64,000 nt of DNA from Bacteroidia bacterium. Lineage in GTDB: Bacteria; Bacteroidota; Bacteroidia; B-17B0; Aurantibacillaceae. Made by a program: the position numbers and the translations under genes. Of the stretch, positions 35,232-45,325 are shown piece after piece (the stretch's first letter is position 1; every line of letters begins with the position of its first letter). The notes beneath the pieces were generated by a model that worked only from the letters and a program-made list of their open reading frames with translations, was not told the DNA's origin and did not search any database. The stretch is from positions 10,259 to 74,258 of the forward strand of contig JBJMLS010000300.1 of the NCBI GenBank assembly GCA_045805185.1. Direction: 5' to 3'.

Positions 35232-35747
35232 TTAGTTCAGGTTAACTTCTTTCATTAAGTTATTCACCAGTGTTTTTTGCTTATCGTCTGCTGATAAATG
35301 CTCTTTCAGGATCTTCTCTGCGATGTCGATGGAAAGAGTTGCTACCTGGTTCTTCAGTTCGGTAATTGCAGCCATTTTCTCTGCATTGATGGTTTCGCGG
35401 GCCTGGGCAACAATACGGTCAGCCTCAATCTTCGCTTTACCTTTTGCCTCATTAATGATCGCATCTTTTGTGTCGCGCGCTTCCCTCAGCAGGTTATCGC
35501 GTTCTGTGCGCGCTTCCTGAAGGATCTTTTCATTGCTGGCCTGCAGATCGCCCATTTCTTTTTTCGCTCTTTCAGCAGATTGCAAGGCGTTCTCAATTGA
35601 CTCTTCGCGGTCCTTTATCATTTTAAGGATAGGCTTCCATGCGAATTTCTTCAATAAGAATAAGATCGTAAGGAAAGTTACCAGCATCCAGAACATCAAT
35701 CCGAATTCGGGCTGTACCAGTGGAATATCTAATAAAATAGTAGTCAT
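35232..35747 (-). CDS. atpF: F0F1 ATP synthase subunit b
   Basis: A single N-terminal TM helix followed by a long charged helix (ESIENALQSAERAKKEM...). The operon position fits. Confidence 0.9.
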   Translation of the reverse strand: MTTILLDIPLVQPEFGLMFWMLVTFLTILFLLKKFAWKPILKMIKDREESIENALQSAERAKKEMGDLQASNEKILQEARTERDNLLREARDTKDAIINEAKGKAKIEADRIVAQARETINAEKMAAITELKNQVATLSIDIAEKILKEHLSADDKQKTLVNNLMKEVNLN

Positions 35748-35769
35748 TTGTCTTTATTATTTAATTTCT

Positions 35770-35871
35770 TTTTTAATCGCTTTAGCGCTGCATAACTAAA
35801 TCTGATTTTCGTACCTCAAATTTTTAATCGCTTTAGCGCTGCATAACTAAATCTGATTTTCGTACCTCAAA
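35770..35871. repeat. perfect 51-bp tandem duplication in the atpE-atpF spacer
   Basis: TTTTTAATCGCTTTAGCGCTGCATAACTAAATCTGATTTTCGTACCTCAAA occurs at 35770-35820 and again, identically, at 35821-35871. Confidence 0.95.
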
Positions 35872-35884
35872 TCGATTTAGTAAT

Positions 35885-35921
35885 AAAAAAGCGGCAACCA
35901 ATCGTTACCGCTTTTTGTTTT
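35885..35921 (-). terminator. intra-operon hairpin/terminator-like element immediately downstream of atpE
   Basis: Stem GCGGCAAC/GTTACCGC (35891-35898 with 35904-35911, one mismatch). On the coding strand a T-run follows. It starts 1 nt after the atpE stop codon. Confidence 0.55.
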
Positions 35922-36197
<276 letters not shown>

Positions 36198-36255
36198 TTA
36201 AACAAAATGCCCATTTTCCGAAACGAGCTAAAAACTTTCTTTTTTATCATTGCCA

Positions 36256-36435
36256 CACTGAGCGAAGCCGAAGTGGGTTAAACAATTGTCCGTTTTCTAA
36301 AAACAGACCGAAAAATATTTTGAAACCGTGACTTCGACTCCGCTCAGTCACTGGTTATTAATCATTACTACGAAATCTCTTCAGTCATCCTACAACGCTC
36401 AATTACGTTACCGTACGCTGAGCGGAGCCGAAGCG
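36256..36435. repeat. three copies (two direct, one inverted) of a CTGAGCGRAGYCGAAG motif in the atpB-atpE spacer
   Basis: CACTGAGCGAAGCCGAAGTG at 36256-36275. ACTTCGACTCCGCTCAGTC within 36327-36353, inverted. CGCTGAGCGGAGCCGAAGCG at 36416-36435. Confidence 0.55.
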
Positions 36436-36437
36436 TA

Positions 36438-37628
36438 TTATATCAGATCAATCTGCGATTTCTCCATGTTGTGATCGTCATGCCCATGATCGTGTGCATG
36501 ATGACCTTCTTCCACCGCCCCGCCGAAATACATCGCCGACAACAGTGTAAATACATAAGCCTGCAGAAATGCCACCAGCAGCTCCATCGCAAACATGAAT
36601 ATGGTAAAGGCAAGGGATACAACCGAAACACCCAAACCGGCGCCTACGTTCATTTCTCCGAAAATAAAAATAAGACTGAAGAAAGCCAGGGCGATAATGT
36701 GCCCAGCGGTAATGTTGGCAAATAACCGGACCATCAATACAAAAGGTTTCAGGAACACGCCGAGAATTTCGATCGGGGTAAGAATGAACAGCACGCCTAT
36801 CGGAACACCCGGCATGGCGAATACGTGACGCCAGTAATGTCCGTTGGTATTGATCAGGGTGATGATAAAGGTTAAAGCAGCAAGTACCAGGGTCACTGAA
36901 ATACTTCCGGTAAGGTTCGCTCCGCCAGGAATAAAGGGAATTAATCCGAGCAGGTTATTGATCCAGATGAAAAAGAAGACGGTCAGAAGAAAAGGAAGAA
37001 ATTTCTCATACTTCGCTCCGATGGAAGGCTTGGCCACATCATCGCGCACAAAAATGATCAAAGGCTCGATCAGCGATTGCATGCCTTTTGGCGTTTGTCC
37101 CGGACGACGGGAATAGGATTTTGCCACACTCATAAAGATCCATAGCATTAAGCCTGCTCCGATAAACAAGGCCAAAACATTCTTGGTGATGGAGAAGTCA
37201 TAAACTTTTGAAGTAGCCTCCTCATCAATTTTTCCGCTTGCCTCGTCCCATACTTTCACATGGTTCTCAACCAGCTTGTACGGATAATTTCCGTTATACA
37301 CTTCAGTTGGCTCATGCTCTTCATTATTGAATACGGATGAGGAAAAACATTCAAATCCTTTATCGGTTTTCAGGATCACGGGAAGCGGAAGGCTCAGGTG
37401 ACCCGTAATGTGCCAGGAGTGCGCATCGGCAACGTGTTCCAGGATCATTTTACCTGCATCGAATTTTTCTTTTTCTGGTCCCGAACCACTTTCATGTTCA
37501 GTAGTAATGGGCTTGCCGCCTTCCGCAGGCTCATAAGCGAGGCTTTTTTGAGCGAACAGCAGGAAAAAACCTAAAAGGGCTAAAAAAGAGAAGGATTTTC
37601 GGCTGAATATGTTGATTTTACTGGGCAT
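36438..37628 (-). CDS. atpB: F0F1 ATP synthase subunit a (with long N-terminal extension)
   Basis: The C-terminal half carries the a-subunit signature LMVRLFANITAGHI and multiple TM helices. 396 aa. Confidence 0.92.
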   Translation of the reverse strand: MPSKINIFSRKSFSFLALLGFFLLFAQKSLAYEPAEGGKPITTEHESGSGPEKEKFDAGKMILEHVADAHSWHITGHLSLPLPVILKTDKGFECFSSSVFNNEEHEPTEVYNGNYPYKLVENHVKVWDEASGKIDEEATSKVYDFSITKNVLALFIGAGLMLWIFMSVAKSYSRRPGQTPKGMQSLIEPLIIFVRDDVAKPSIGAKYEKFLPFLLTVFFFIWINNLLGLIPFIPGGANLTGSISVTLVLAALTFIITLINTNGHYWRHVFAMPGVPIGVLFILTPIEILGVFLKPFVLMVRLFANITAGHIIALAFFSLIFIFGEMNVGAGLGVSVVSLAFTIFMFAMELLVAFLQAYVFTLLSAMYFGGAVEEGHHAHDHGHDDHNMEKSQIDLI

Positions 37629-37666
37629 TTCGTAGAAACGGGTTTTAACGTTTTTTAATTCGGGTG

Positions 37667-37674
37667 CAAATTTA
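37667..37674 (-). promoter_or_regulatory. candidate -7 box TAAATTTG for the atp operon
   Basis: On the minus strand this is a perfect TAnnTTTG, ending about 38 nt upstream of the atpB ATG. A weak -33-like TTTC lies 20 nt further upstream. Confidence 0.35.
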
Positions 37675-38085
37675 GGGATTAATTCAATATTTCAGAAATT
37701 TTTTTCCAACACAATGGAACTATCCTTTAAAAAGTCCCGGAATGCCTCTTAATTGTCGCTGAACCAATGTTTTTGATCCACTAATTTCAGAACATCACAA
37801 CAGAAATGTGAGACGGGGAGTATCACAAATGACGGGCATGAAAAGGGTTGCTTTTCCCCGGGATCTCCCTTCGCAAACATTTTAACTCATTTATTAGCCT
37901 GGCAGGATCAGAGAGCCTATGAATCCTTTGTTGCCGGCCGTGTTAAGGACAGGAAACAGCTAAACCATCTTATTTACCGCGCATTCGTATCCCTGAATCA
38001 GGGTATTCTCCGCTTTTTTCCTTTTTACCTGTCGAGTGCATGGATTTTTCTTTATTTTTACTCTCTAAATCTTAAACTCATCTTT

Positions 38086-38562
38086 ATGAAAAAAATCGTT
38101 TTATTGCCTGCACTAGCCATCGCTTTATTTTTGGCTGGTACTGCAACAGCACAGGAAGTGTCCGGCCTTGACAAGGATATCACCGAAAAAGAAGTTCCGG
38201 CAGCAGTTATGAAAACGTTCAAAGCCAAATACCCTAACCAAAAGGTTGATAAATGGGAGCAAAAAGCAGGTAATTTTGAAGCGGATTTTACAAAAGATGG
38301 CAAGTTTTGTGAACTCGCTATAAAAGCTGATGGATCCTGGATCGAATTTGAAACGAAGATCGAAAAAGGAGATGTTCCAAAAGCGGTGCTCGACGCTCAC
38401 GCGAAATCAAAATATAAAGACTGGGCTTTTGATCACGCAGAGGAAGTTAAAACTCCCAAGCATGACAAATTATATGAAGTTACCGTGAAAAAAGGAAAAG
38501 ACATGATGGGACTTTACTTTACACCGGATGGCAAAACCCTGGTGCGCGAAGAGAAGGACTAG
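38086..38562 (+). CDS. PepSY-like (putative beta-lactamase-inhibitor-like) periplasmic protein
   Basis: Signal peptide followed by two repeats of the motif VPAAVMKTFKAKYPN / VPKAVLDAHAKSKYKDW, each with beta-rich segments. 158 aa. Confidence 0.75.
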   Translation: MKKIVLLPALAIALFLAGTATAQEVSGLDKDITEKEVPAAVMKTFKAKYPNQKVDKWEQKAGNFEADFTKDGKFCELAIKADGSWIEFETKIEKGDVPKAVLDAHAKSKYKDWAFDHAEEVKTPKHDKLYEVTVKKGKDMMGLYFTPDGKTLVREEKD

Positions 38563-38587
38563 TTATTATCAAATATACTTATGTTTA

Positions 38588-38615
38588 AAGGAGGAGCTGT
38601 TCCTCCTTTTTTATT
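38588..38615 (+). terminator. Rho-independent terminator after the PepSY-like gene
   Basis: Stem AAGGAGGA/TCCTCCTT with loop GCTGT, followed by a T-run. Confidence 0.65.
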
Positions 38616-38650
38616 TTTCTCCGCTTTGATTTCTTTTTATATGTTTGCGC

Positions 38651-41161
38651 ATGAGGAAACCAGCCATACCAACTCTTCGTCACATCAATAATTACAGAAC
38701 TATCTGCATGGTCATCGTGGCGCTTGCAGCAGTCCCCCGCGTTTTGGCGCAGCAATATTTTCAGAATGTAAAAGGAAAGATCGCGGACAGGGAATCAGGA
38801 TTGACCATTCCCGGCGTCATCGTAAAGATGAAGGGAGATACTTCCCGTAAGTTATCCGCTGTGAGTGATGAGAATGGCGTCTTTAAAATCACCGGGGTTC
38901 CAGTCGGACGCCGTACTTTTATTTTTGCGCTGGTAGGATATAAGCCTTACGTTGCCACTGATATCATGGTGGTTTCCGGTAAAGAAGTGTTCCTGAACAT
39001 TGAAATGGAGGAAGCGATCCAGGAGATCGGTGAAGTAGTGATCAGCGCGGATGATAAGGGAATTAACAATGAAATGAGTTCCGTAAGCACGAAAACATTC
39101 AGTATTGAGGAAACGGAGCGTTATCCTGGCTCCCGGCAGGATCCGGCGCGGATGGCCTCTAATTTTGCAGGTGTGCAGGGCACCAACGACAGCCGCAACG
39201 ACATTGTGATCCGCGGAAATTCCCCTTCCGGCCTGCTCTGGCGGCTCGAAGAGATCGATATTCCGAATCCCAACCATTTCAATATTGCGGGTTCAGCAGG
39301 CGGGCCGGTTTCCATCATCAACAATAAATACCTTTCCAATTCGGAATTTTTTACCGGGGCCTTTCCTGCTTCTTATGGTAATGCATTGGGCGGCGTATTC
39401 GATCTGAAAATGAGGAACGGGAACAATGAAAAACACGAGCGCACATTTCAGCTTGGGATCATGGGAACTGAACTTGCATTTGAGGGACCACTCAATAAAA
39501 GCAAAGGCTCAAGTTACATGGTCAATTACCGTTACAGCACACTTGACCTTTTTTCCTTTGCGCATATCAAGATCGGTACAAGCGCAGTGCCGCGCTACCA
39601 GGACGGCGCCTTCCGTTTTAATTTTCCCACCAAAAAGGCCGGGACATTTTCCATCAGCGGGATCGGCGGCCTGAGTACAATCTCCATTATTCTCAGTAAA
39701 GATACTGTCCGTCCAAAAGAATTATACGGCGATCAGAACCGCGACCAGTATTTCAGCACTAACCTTGGAGTGATCATCGCTAATCACGTGATCTCATTAG
39801 GTGAAAAAACCCTGATGAAAACCTCGCTGGCCCATTCTGTTTCTTACATCAGCGCTGATCACAATCTTATTTTACGCGACCGGAACTATAAACCGAACGA
39901 TACGCTTCCACAGATCCTCGACTTTGCCCAGACAGAACAAAAGACCACGCTTACTTCCTATATCAAACATAAGATCAATGCGCGCAACAGCTTTAAAACA
40001 GGCTTCTATGTAAATTATTTTCAGGCCACTTATTTTGACCGTGTAAAACAAAATGCCGTTACCGATACGCTTGCCGGTACCATTTTGAATAAAGCCTGGA
40101 AGAACCGCCTGGGAACAAGCGCGACCTATTTCCTGATCCAGCCTTATTTCCAGTATAACTTCAAATTAAATGATCAGGTAACTTTTAACGCGGGAGTGTT
40201 CGGACAATTGCTTACGCTTAACAACAGTTACGCGGTTGAGCCAAGGGCCGGCGTAAAATGGAGCATCAACAGCAGGAACATGCTAAGCTTCGGGTACGGA
40301 CTCCACAGCCAGATCCAGCCGGGTTATATTTATTTCGCCTGTCCCGACAGTGTGGTGCGCAATGGCGTGGTGCTCGGCAACGGAGGAAGCAACGGAGAAA
40401 ATAAGATCCAGGATAACCGCAACCTGGGAATGAGCAAGAGCCAGCATTTTGTTTTAGGCTATGATCTTTTTCTTTCCAGGTATTTTCGCATCAAGGCGGA
40501 AACGTATTACCAGAACCTGTGGAACATTCCCGTTTATGCAGTGCCTTCCTCTGTCTCCATGCTTAACCGGGGCGCAACATTCTCGCGTTTCTTTCCGATC
40601 TACACCATGGAAAATAAAGGGACAGGCTTGAACTATGGTATAGAGCTCACCGTGGAAAAATTATTCCACAACCATTATTTCTTTTTGTTCTCCGGTTCGG
40701 TATTCAATTCAAAATACAAAGGAAGCAACGGTAAAGAATGGGACACTGACTTCAACGGCAACTATATTTTTAACCTACTCGCGGGGCTGGAATACGGCAT
40801 AGGTAGAAGCAAGAAGAACGCCATTACCTTCGGTCCGAAATTTACATACGGAGGAGGACGCCGTTATACCATGCCTGACAGGGCGGCGAGTGATCGCATT
40901 ATGGATGTGGTACCGGTGAATGATCCTGTGAATAATTTACAGTTCCCGAATTACTTCCGGATCGATTCACGTATAGCTTACAAGATCAATGGTAAAAAAG
41001 CGGATTACGAAATTGCGGTTGACCTGGTGAACATCACCAACCAGAAAAATGTCTTAGCGCTCACCTACTCTCCTGATCCGCAGAACCCGCAGGCTGACCC
41101 GATGATAAGGAATTACCAGCTTGGGTTCTTACCGCTGTTTTACTTTAAGGTGAATTTCTGA
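38651..41161 (+). CDS. TonB-dependent receptor-like outer-membrane beta-barrel (CarboxypepD_reg + plug + barrel)
   Basis: N-terminal KGKIADRESGLTIPGVIVKMKGD...FKITGVPVGRRTFIFALVGYKP is CarboxypepD_reg-like. A plug-like region contains RGNSPSGLLWRLEEIDIPNPNHF. The protein ends in an aromatic residue (KVNF). Confidence 0.8.
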   Translation: MRKPAIPTLRHINNYRTICMVIVALAAVPRVLAQQYFQNVKGKIADRESGLTIPGVIVKMKGDTSRKLSAVSDENGVFKITGVPVGRRTFIFALVGYKPYVATDIMVVSGKEVFLNIEMEEAIQEIGEVVISADDKGINNEMSSVSTKTFSIEETERYPGSRQDPARMASNFAGVQGTNDSRNDIVIRGNSPSGLLWRLEEIDIPNPNHFNIAGSAGGPVSIINNKYLSNSEFFTGAFPASYGNALGGVFDLKMRNGNNEKHERTFQLGIMGTELAFEGPLNKSKGSSYMVNYRYSTLDLFSFAHIKIGTSAVPRYQDGAFRFNFPTKKAGTFSISGIGGLSTISIILSKDTVRPKELYGDQNRDQYFSTNLGVIIANHVISLGEKTLMKTSLAHSVSYISADHNLILRDRNYKPNDTLPQILDFAQTEQKTTLTSYIKHKINARNSFKTGFYVNYFQATYFDRVKQNAVTDTLAGTILNKAWKNRLGTSATYFLIQPYFQYNFKLNDQVTFNAGVFGQLLTLNNSYAVEPRAGVKWSINSRNMLSFGYGLHSQIQPGYIYFACPDSVVRNGVVLGNGGSNGENKIQDNRNLGMSKSQHFVLGYDLFLSRYFRIKAETYYQNLWNIPVYAVPSSVSMLNRGATFSRFFPIYTMENKGTGLNYGIELTVEKLFHNHYFFLFSGSVFNSKYKGSNGKEWDTDFNGNYIFNLLAGLEYGIGRSKKNAITFGPKFTYGGGRRYTMPDRAASDRIMDVVPVNDPVNNLQFPNYFRIDSRIAYKINGKKADYEIAVDLVNITNQKNVLALTYSPDPQNPQADPMIRNYQLGFLPLFYFKVNF

Positions 41162-41185
41162 TTTTTATACGATGAGGCTTTTTTT

Positions 41186-41360
41186 ACACCAGAGTTCACG
41201 GAGAACGCGGAGGGAATGTAATAAAATTTAATTAGACCATAAGGAATAGCTAAGAAATGAGCTTATATTGAATGGTAGAAATTTGGAGAAAATCTATCAC
41301 AGATCTTAAGGTACACCTTCCCTCAATTCTCTGCACGCTCAGCGTCAGAAATCCCCGCGA
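41186..41360. repeat. intergenic repeat with imperfect inverted termini of the GGAGAACGCGGAGGGA / TCCCTCAATTCTCTGC type around an AT-rich core
   Basis: ACACCAGAGTTCACGGAGAACGCGGAGGGA at 41186-41215. CCTTCCCTCAATTCTCTGCACGCTCAGCGTCAGAAATCCCCGCGA at 41316-41360. The sequence flavour matches the 30-31.6 kb repeats. Confidence 0.4.
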
Positions 41361-41384
41361 CTTATTAATCCGTATATTGAATAA

Positions 41385-42359
41385 GTGAAAAGACTACTGA
41401 ACATATTATGCTATTGCCTGCTGCCTTTTCTTTCTGTCGCGCAAAATACAGACAGCATCTCAACAAAACGAACCGACCCTTATTCTTATTTCCGCTTCAA
41501 TTACGACAATGACTTTTTCAGCGCAACGGACCAGTTCTATACACAGGGAACTTATTTCGAGCTGATCAGCCCATTTGTAAAAAAGATCCCGCTTGCTCAT
41601 GCATTAATTCCCTTGAAAGGGTCAGTGAATTATTATGGTCTCGAATTCGAACAGGATGTTTTCACACCTTCCAGTATCCGGAGAGATACGGTATTTACCG
41701 GCGACAGGCCCTTTGCCGCATTGGTCTATTTGTCGCAATTCCTTATTTCAATTGATCCGGTTAAAAGAATAAGACTGAACACTAAGATCGATATGGGCCT
41801 GCTTGGCCCCTGCGCTAAGGGAAAAGAAACCCAACAGAACATTCACCGCTGGCTCGATAACATTCAGCCCCTGGGATGGCAGTACCAGGTGGCAAGCGAT
41901 TACATGCTGAATTATAATATACAATTCGAAAAAGGAATTTTCCTGCGCAAAGGCTTTGAATTTATTGGTACGACAGCGGCCCGCGCCGGCACGATCTACA
42001 CCGATGCTTCAGCTGGCGCGCTGATCCGCTCAGGCTGGATGAATTCTTATTTTCAGAATATTGGGATTACAAAGTACCGCGATGCTTCGACAAAAAAATT
42101 CCAGGCTTATTTATTCTGCAGAGGCGATGCAAAAGTTGTAGGATACAATGCTACGCTCCAGGGCGGAGTCTTTAACCCTACGAGCATTTATACCATTGGT
42201 CCTGATAAGATAGAACGTATTGTTTTCACCGGCTCTTACGGATTAGTGATCACCTACAAACGCCTGAGCCTGGAGTACACCAAGGTTTACCTTACACCTG
42301 AGTTTTACAAGGGCTTTGAGCATGCCTGGGGACATTGCAACATCAGCTTTTGTTTTTGA
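41385..42359 (+). CDS. outer-membrane protein, lipid A deacylase LpxR-like (DUF2219)
   Basis: Signal peptide, then FRFNYDNDFFSATDQFYTQG, a motif typical of the family, and a C-terminal aromatic residue. GTG start. Family call from memory. Confidence 0.55.
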   Translation: MKRLLNILCYCLLPFLSVAQNTDSISTKRTDPYSYFRFNYDNDFFSATDQFYTQGTYFELISPFVKKIPLAHALIPLKGSVNYYGLEFEQDVFTPSSIRRDTVFTGDRPFAALVYLSQFLISIDPVKRIRLNTKIDMGLLGPCAKGKETQQNIHRWLDNIQPLGWQYQVASDYMLNYNIQFEKGIFLRKGFEFIGTTAARAGTIYTDASAGALIRSGWMNSYFQNIGITKYRDASTKKFQAYLFCRGDAKVVGYNATLQGGVFNPTSIYTIGPDKIERIVFTGSYGLVITYKRLSLEYTKVYLTPEFYKGFEHAWGHCNISFCF

Positions 42360-42446
42360 ATTCGGAGAATGTCGGGAAGATTACTGTCAGACCGGGCGCA
42401 GTCGGGATCCCTACAAAATCAACCGGGCTAAAATTAAACTTCATTT

Positions 42447-43673
42447 TTGTACCTTGCATCCGTGCACGATTCCTCCCTGGTGAAAAAGAAAAACATATTC
42501 CTGAAATTATTCAGTAACCTCACCGTCCTGGTGCTGATCGCTATTGCAGCGGGAATTTTTCTCGGAACTTATTTCCCCTCTACTGCTGTGAAAATGGAGA
42601 TTGTGGGAAAGACATTTGTAGACATCATCAAGTTATTTATTGGCCCCATCATTTTTCTCACTATTGTTTTAGGTATTGCGGGCATGGGCGATCTGAAAAA
42701 AGTTGGACGCATCGGAATAAAATCACTGGTCTATTTTGAGGTTGTTACCACACTTGCGCTCGTTATTGGAATTACTGTGGGACTTATCGTGCAGCCTGGT
42801 AAAATTGACAAGACGGGCCTCAGCATACAGGACGCCAGTAAATACACACAAGCGCCTGAAGGCTTTGACTGGAGTAAATTCTTCCTTTCCAACTTTACTT
42901 TGCAGGTATTGCTTGCTGCAATCGTTATCGGGATCCTGCTCAATTTCTCGAAGCGAAGAGAAAAAGCAATGCTTTTATTTGGGACAGCTTCAAAATTTGT
43001 CTTCAAGGGTTTGAAATTTGTGATGTACCTGGCGCCGCTCGGCGCTTTCGGAGGCATGGCCTTTACAATTGGGAAATTCGGATTGCACACCCTGGTGCCG
43101 CTGGCCAAATTAATGGCAACGGTTTACCTTACCATGTTTCTTTTTATTTTTCTTGTGCTCGGATCGATACTCTATTATTACAAAGAGAATATTTTCACCT
43201 TTTTGAAATACATCAAAGAAGAACTGCTGATCGTACTCGGAACTTCCTCTTCCGAATCGGCCCTTCCTTCCATGATGCTCAAGCTGGAAAAGATGGGCTG
43301 CAGCAAATCTGTTGTTGGCCTGGTTGTACCTACCGGTTATTCGTTTAATCTCGATGGAACTTCCATCTACCTTTCCATGGCCATTATTTTTCTGGCCCAG
43401 CTTTACAATGTGCAATTGAGCTTTGCAGAAATGGGAAGCATTATCGGCATCCTGATGATCACCTCCAAAGGCGCAGCGGGAGTAACCGGCAGCGGATTTA
43501 TCATACTTGCCTCAACGCTTACTGCCATTCATAAGATCCCGGTGGAAGGATTGGCCTTTTTACTTGGCGTGGATAAATTTATGAGCGAGGCCCGGGCCAT
43601 AACCAATATCATCGGGAACGGAGTGGCCACTATCGTAATTGCAAAAAGTGAAAAGGAATTTACCCCAGCCTGA
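42447..43673 (+). CDS. dicarboxylate/amino acid:cation symporter (DctA/GltP family)
   Basis: SSSESALPSMMLKLEKMGC and VVPTGYSFNLDGTSIYL motifs. AGVTGSGFIILA and NIIGNGVATIV are also present. The true start is probably the GTG at 42480 (VKKKNIFLKLF...). Confidence 0.9.
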   Translation: MYLASVHDSSLVKKKNIFLKLFSNLTVLVLIAIAAGIFLGTYFPSTAVKMEIVGKTFVDIIKLFIGPIIFLTIVLGIAGMGDLKKVGRIGIKSLVYFEVVTTLALVIGITVGLIVQPGKIDKTGLSIQDASKYTQAPEGFDWSKFFLSNFTLQVLLAAIVIGILLNFSKRREKAMLLFGTASKFVFKGLKFVMYLAPLGAFGGMAFTIGKFGLHTLVPLAKLMATVYLTMFLFIFLVLGSILYYYKENIFTFLKYIKEELLIVLGTSSSESALPSMMLKLEKMGCSKSVVGLVVPTGYSFNLDGTSIYLSMAIIFLAQLYNVQLSFAEMGSIIGILMITSKGAAGVTGSGFIILASTLTAIHKIPVEGLAFLLGVDKFMSEARAITNIIGNGVATIVIAKSEKEFTPA

Positions 43674-43674
43674 G

Positions 43675-45261
43675 CTATTTTTTTATTTCGGGTTTTAGAG
43701 GGGCCGTTTGTTCAGGTTGCAGCAGGTAATTTTTTTCCAGCTCCGAAACAAAATCCGATTTATCGTAAATAGTAATCTCTTCGCTGAAAGACTTAAAACC
43801 TTTTGCAGTTATCGTTACGAGGTATTTTCCAGGCTCCACAATAAAAATATACTTTCCTGTTTTCGGATTTACATTTTTTGCATCCAGCTCTTTTTGTGTT
43901 CCCGTTTCCGAAATACTGATATACGCGTCAATTTCTTTTTTTAAACTGTCGCCTGCCTGCACCATGCCCCTGAGCGCAGTCAGCGGCTGATCCGCCTCGT
44001 TAAATGTTATTTTATAAATATCGAGATCGCCAAAGCCTTCCTTGCGCCATGCAGAAATGTAACCATGCCGGCCGTTACCCGCGACCGAAAACATCATGTC
44101 GTCGTCCGTTGTGTTCAGTGGATATCCTACGTTGACAGGAGGACCCCAGACCTGCAAGGCTTCGTTCCATTTCGAACGAAAAATATCGTATCCTCCCATG
44201 CTCGTGTGTCCCTGCGAGCTGAAATACATTGTCTTTCCATCTTCAGAGACCACGGGAAAGGCTTCTTTATAGGACGTGTTGATCGTTGCGCCAAGATTTT
44301 GGGGAATCCCCCATTCGCCATTCGGAAGACGCCTGCTAACATAAAGATCGGTCTCTCCCTGTCCTCCCTTTCTGCTGGACGCGAAATACAAGGTGTTGGC
44401 GTCACCCGCGTAGCAGCCTTCGGATTCCAGCTGATCGCTTTTTACAGGCGGCTGAAAAGGAACAGGCCTGTTAAACGATTTCCCCTTCACTACCTCCGTA
44501 TGAAAAAGATCTCCCGGATAAGCTGCATTGTCCACATAGAACACCATGAACTTTCCATCGGGTGAAATTCCAACACATTCTTCATCTTCCGCTGTGTTGA
44601 GCGGAGGACCCAGGTTCTTTGCTTTCAGCCATTGGCCTTTTTCCACTTTTGCCATGTAAACATCAGAGGTAAAATAACCGTTGAAGCTTCTCATCTTCCC
44701 TGTGTTTTGTTCCCTCCGCGAAGTGAAATAAAGCGTGCCTTCGTCTTTTGTTACGAAAGGATAATAGTCCGCGTATTTCGTGTTGATCTCTTTTCCGGCG
44801 TTCTCGAATGTAATGTTCACCGGCTTTTTTATCAGGGCCATCGCATTTTCGCAGGTGCTGATGTAATGGTCAACCAGGGCCGTAGCTTTTGCGCCTGCTT
44901 TTTCCCTGTATTTTCCATAAAAAGAAATGGCATCTTCAAAACGATAGGCAAACTGGTAAGCCATGGCGAGTTCCAGCAATAATTCGTTCTTGTACTTTCC
45001 TTTTTTATAGCAAAATTCGAGGTAAGGTATTGCCTGCGATTTATCGCTGTAGATATTCAGGTAACATATTCCCATGCGGTGCCTGAGTTCTTCATCTTCC
45101 GGGAATTGCTTTTCAAGCTTTTTGTATTCTTCCAGGGCCTGAATGTAATTCTTAACTTCAAACAGCTCATCTGCTGTGGGAGCCTGCGCATTTATCTCTA
45201 TAAAGGAAAAGAAGAAACAGCTCAGGTAAACGAATCTCAGGTATACCAGGCGTGTTCTCAT
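43675..45261 (-). CDS. secreted TPR + PD40 beta-propeller + CarboxypepD_reg-like protein (paralogue of 48896-51208, lacking the OmpA-like end)
   Basis: TPR-like N-terminus (NYIQALEEYKKL...GICYLN). Repeated PD40-like segments (YYPFVTKDEGTLYFTSRR, ISPDGKFMVFY, YFASSRKGGQGETDLY, VSEDGKTMYFSSQGHTSMGGYDIF). Confidence 0.7.
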   Translation of the reverse strand: MRTRLVYLRFVYLSCFFFSFIEINAQAPTADELFEVKNYIQALEEYKKLEKQFPEDEELRHRMGICYLNIYSDKSQAIPYLEFCYKKGKYKNELLLELAMAYQFAYRFEDAISFYGKYREKAGAKATALVDHYISTCENAMALIKKPVNITFENAGKEINTKYADYYPFVTKDEGTLYFTSRREQNTGKMRSFNGYFTSDVYMAKVEKGQWLKAKNLGPPLNTAEDEECVGISPDGKFMVFYVDNAAYPGDLFHTEVVKGKSFNRPVPFQPPVKSDQLESEGCYAGDANTLYFASSRKGGQGETDLYVSRRLPNGEWGIPQNLGATINTSYKEAFPVVSEDGKTMYFSSQGHTSMGGYDIFRSKWNEALQVWGPPVNVGYPLNTTDDDMMFSVAGNGRHGYISAWRKEGFGDLDIYKITFNEADQPLTALRGMVQAGDSLKKEIDAYISISETGTQKELDAKNVNPKTGKYIFIVEPGKYLVTITAKGFKSFSEEITIYDKSDFVSELEKNYLLQPEQTAPLKPEIKK

Positions 45262-45325
45262 CGCTAAATGATTTCAGTCTAAATATAGTTCAATCCCTTA
45301 AAAAATCAAAGACCGAAGCAGGTGT

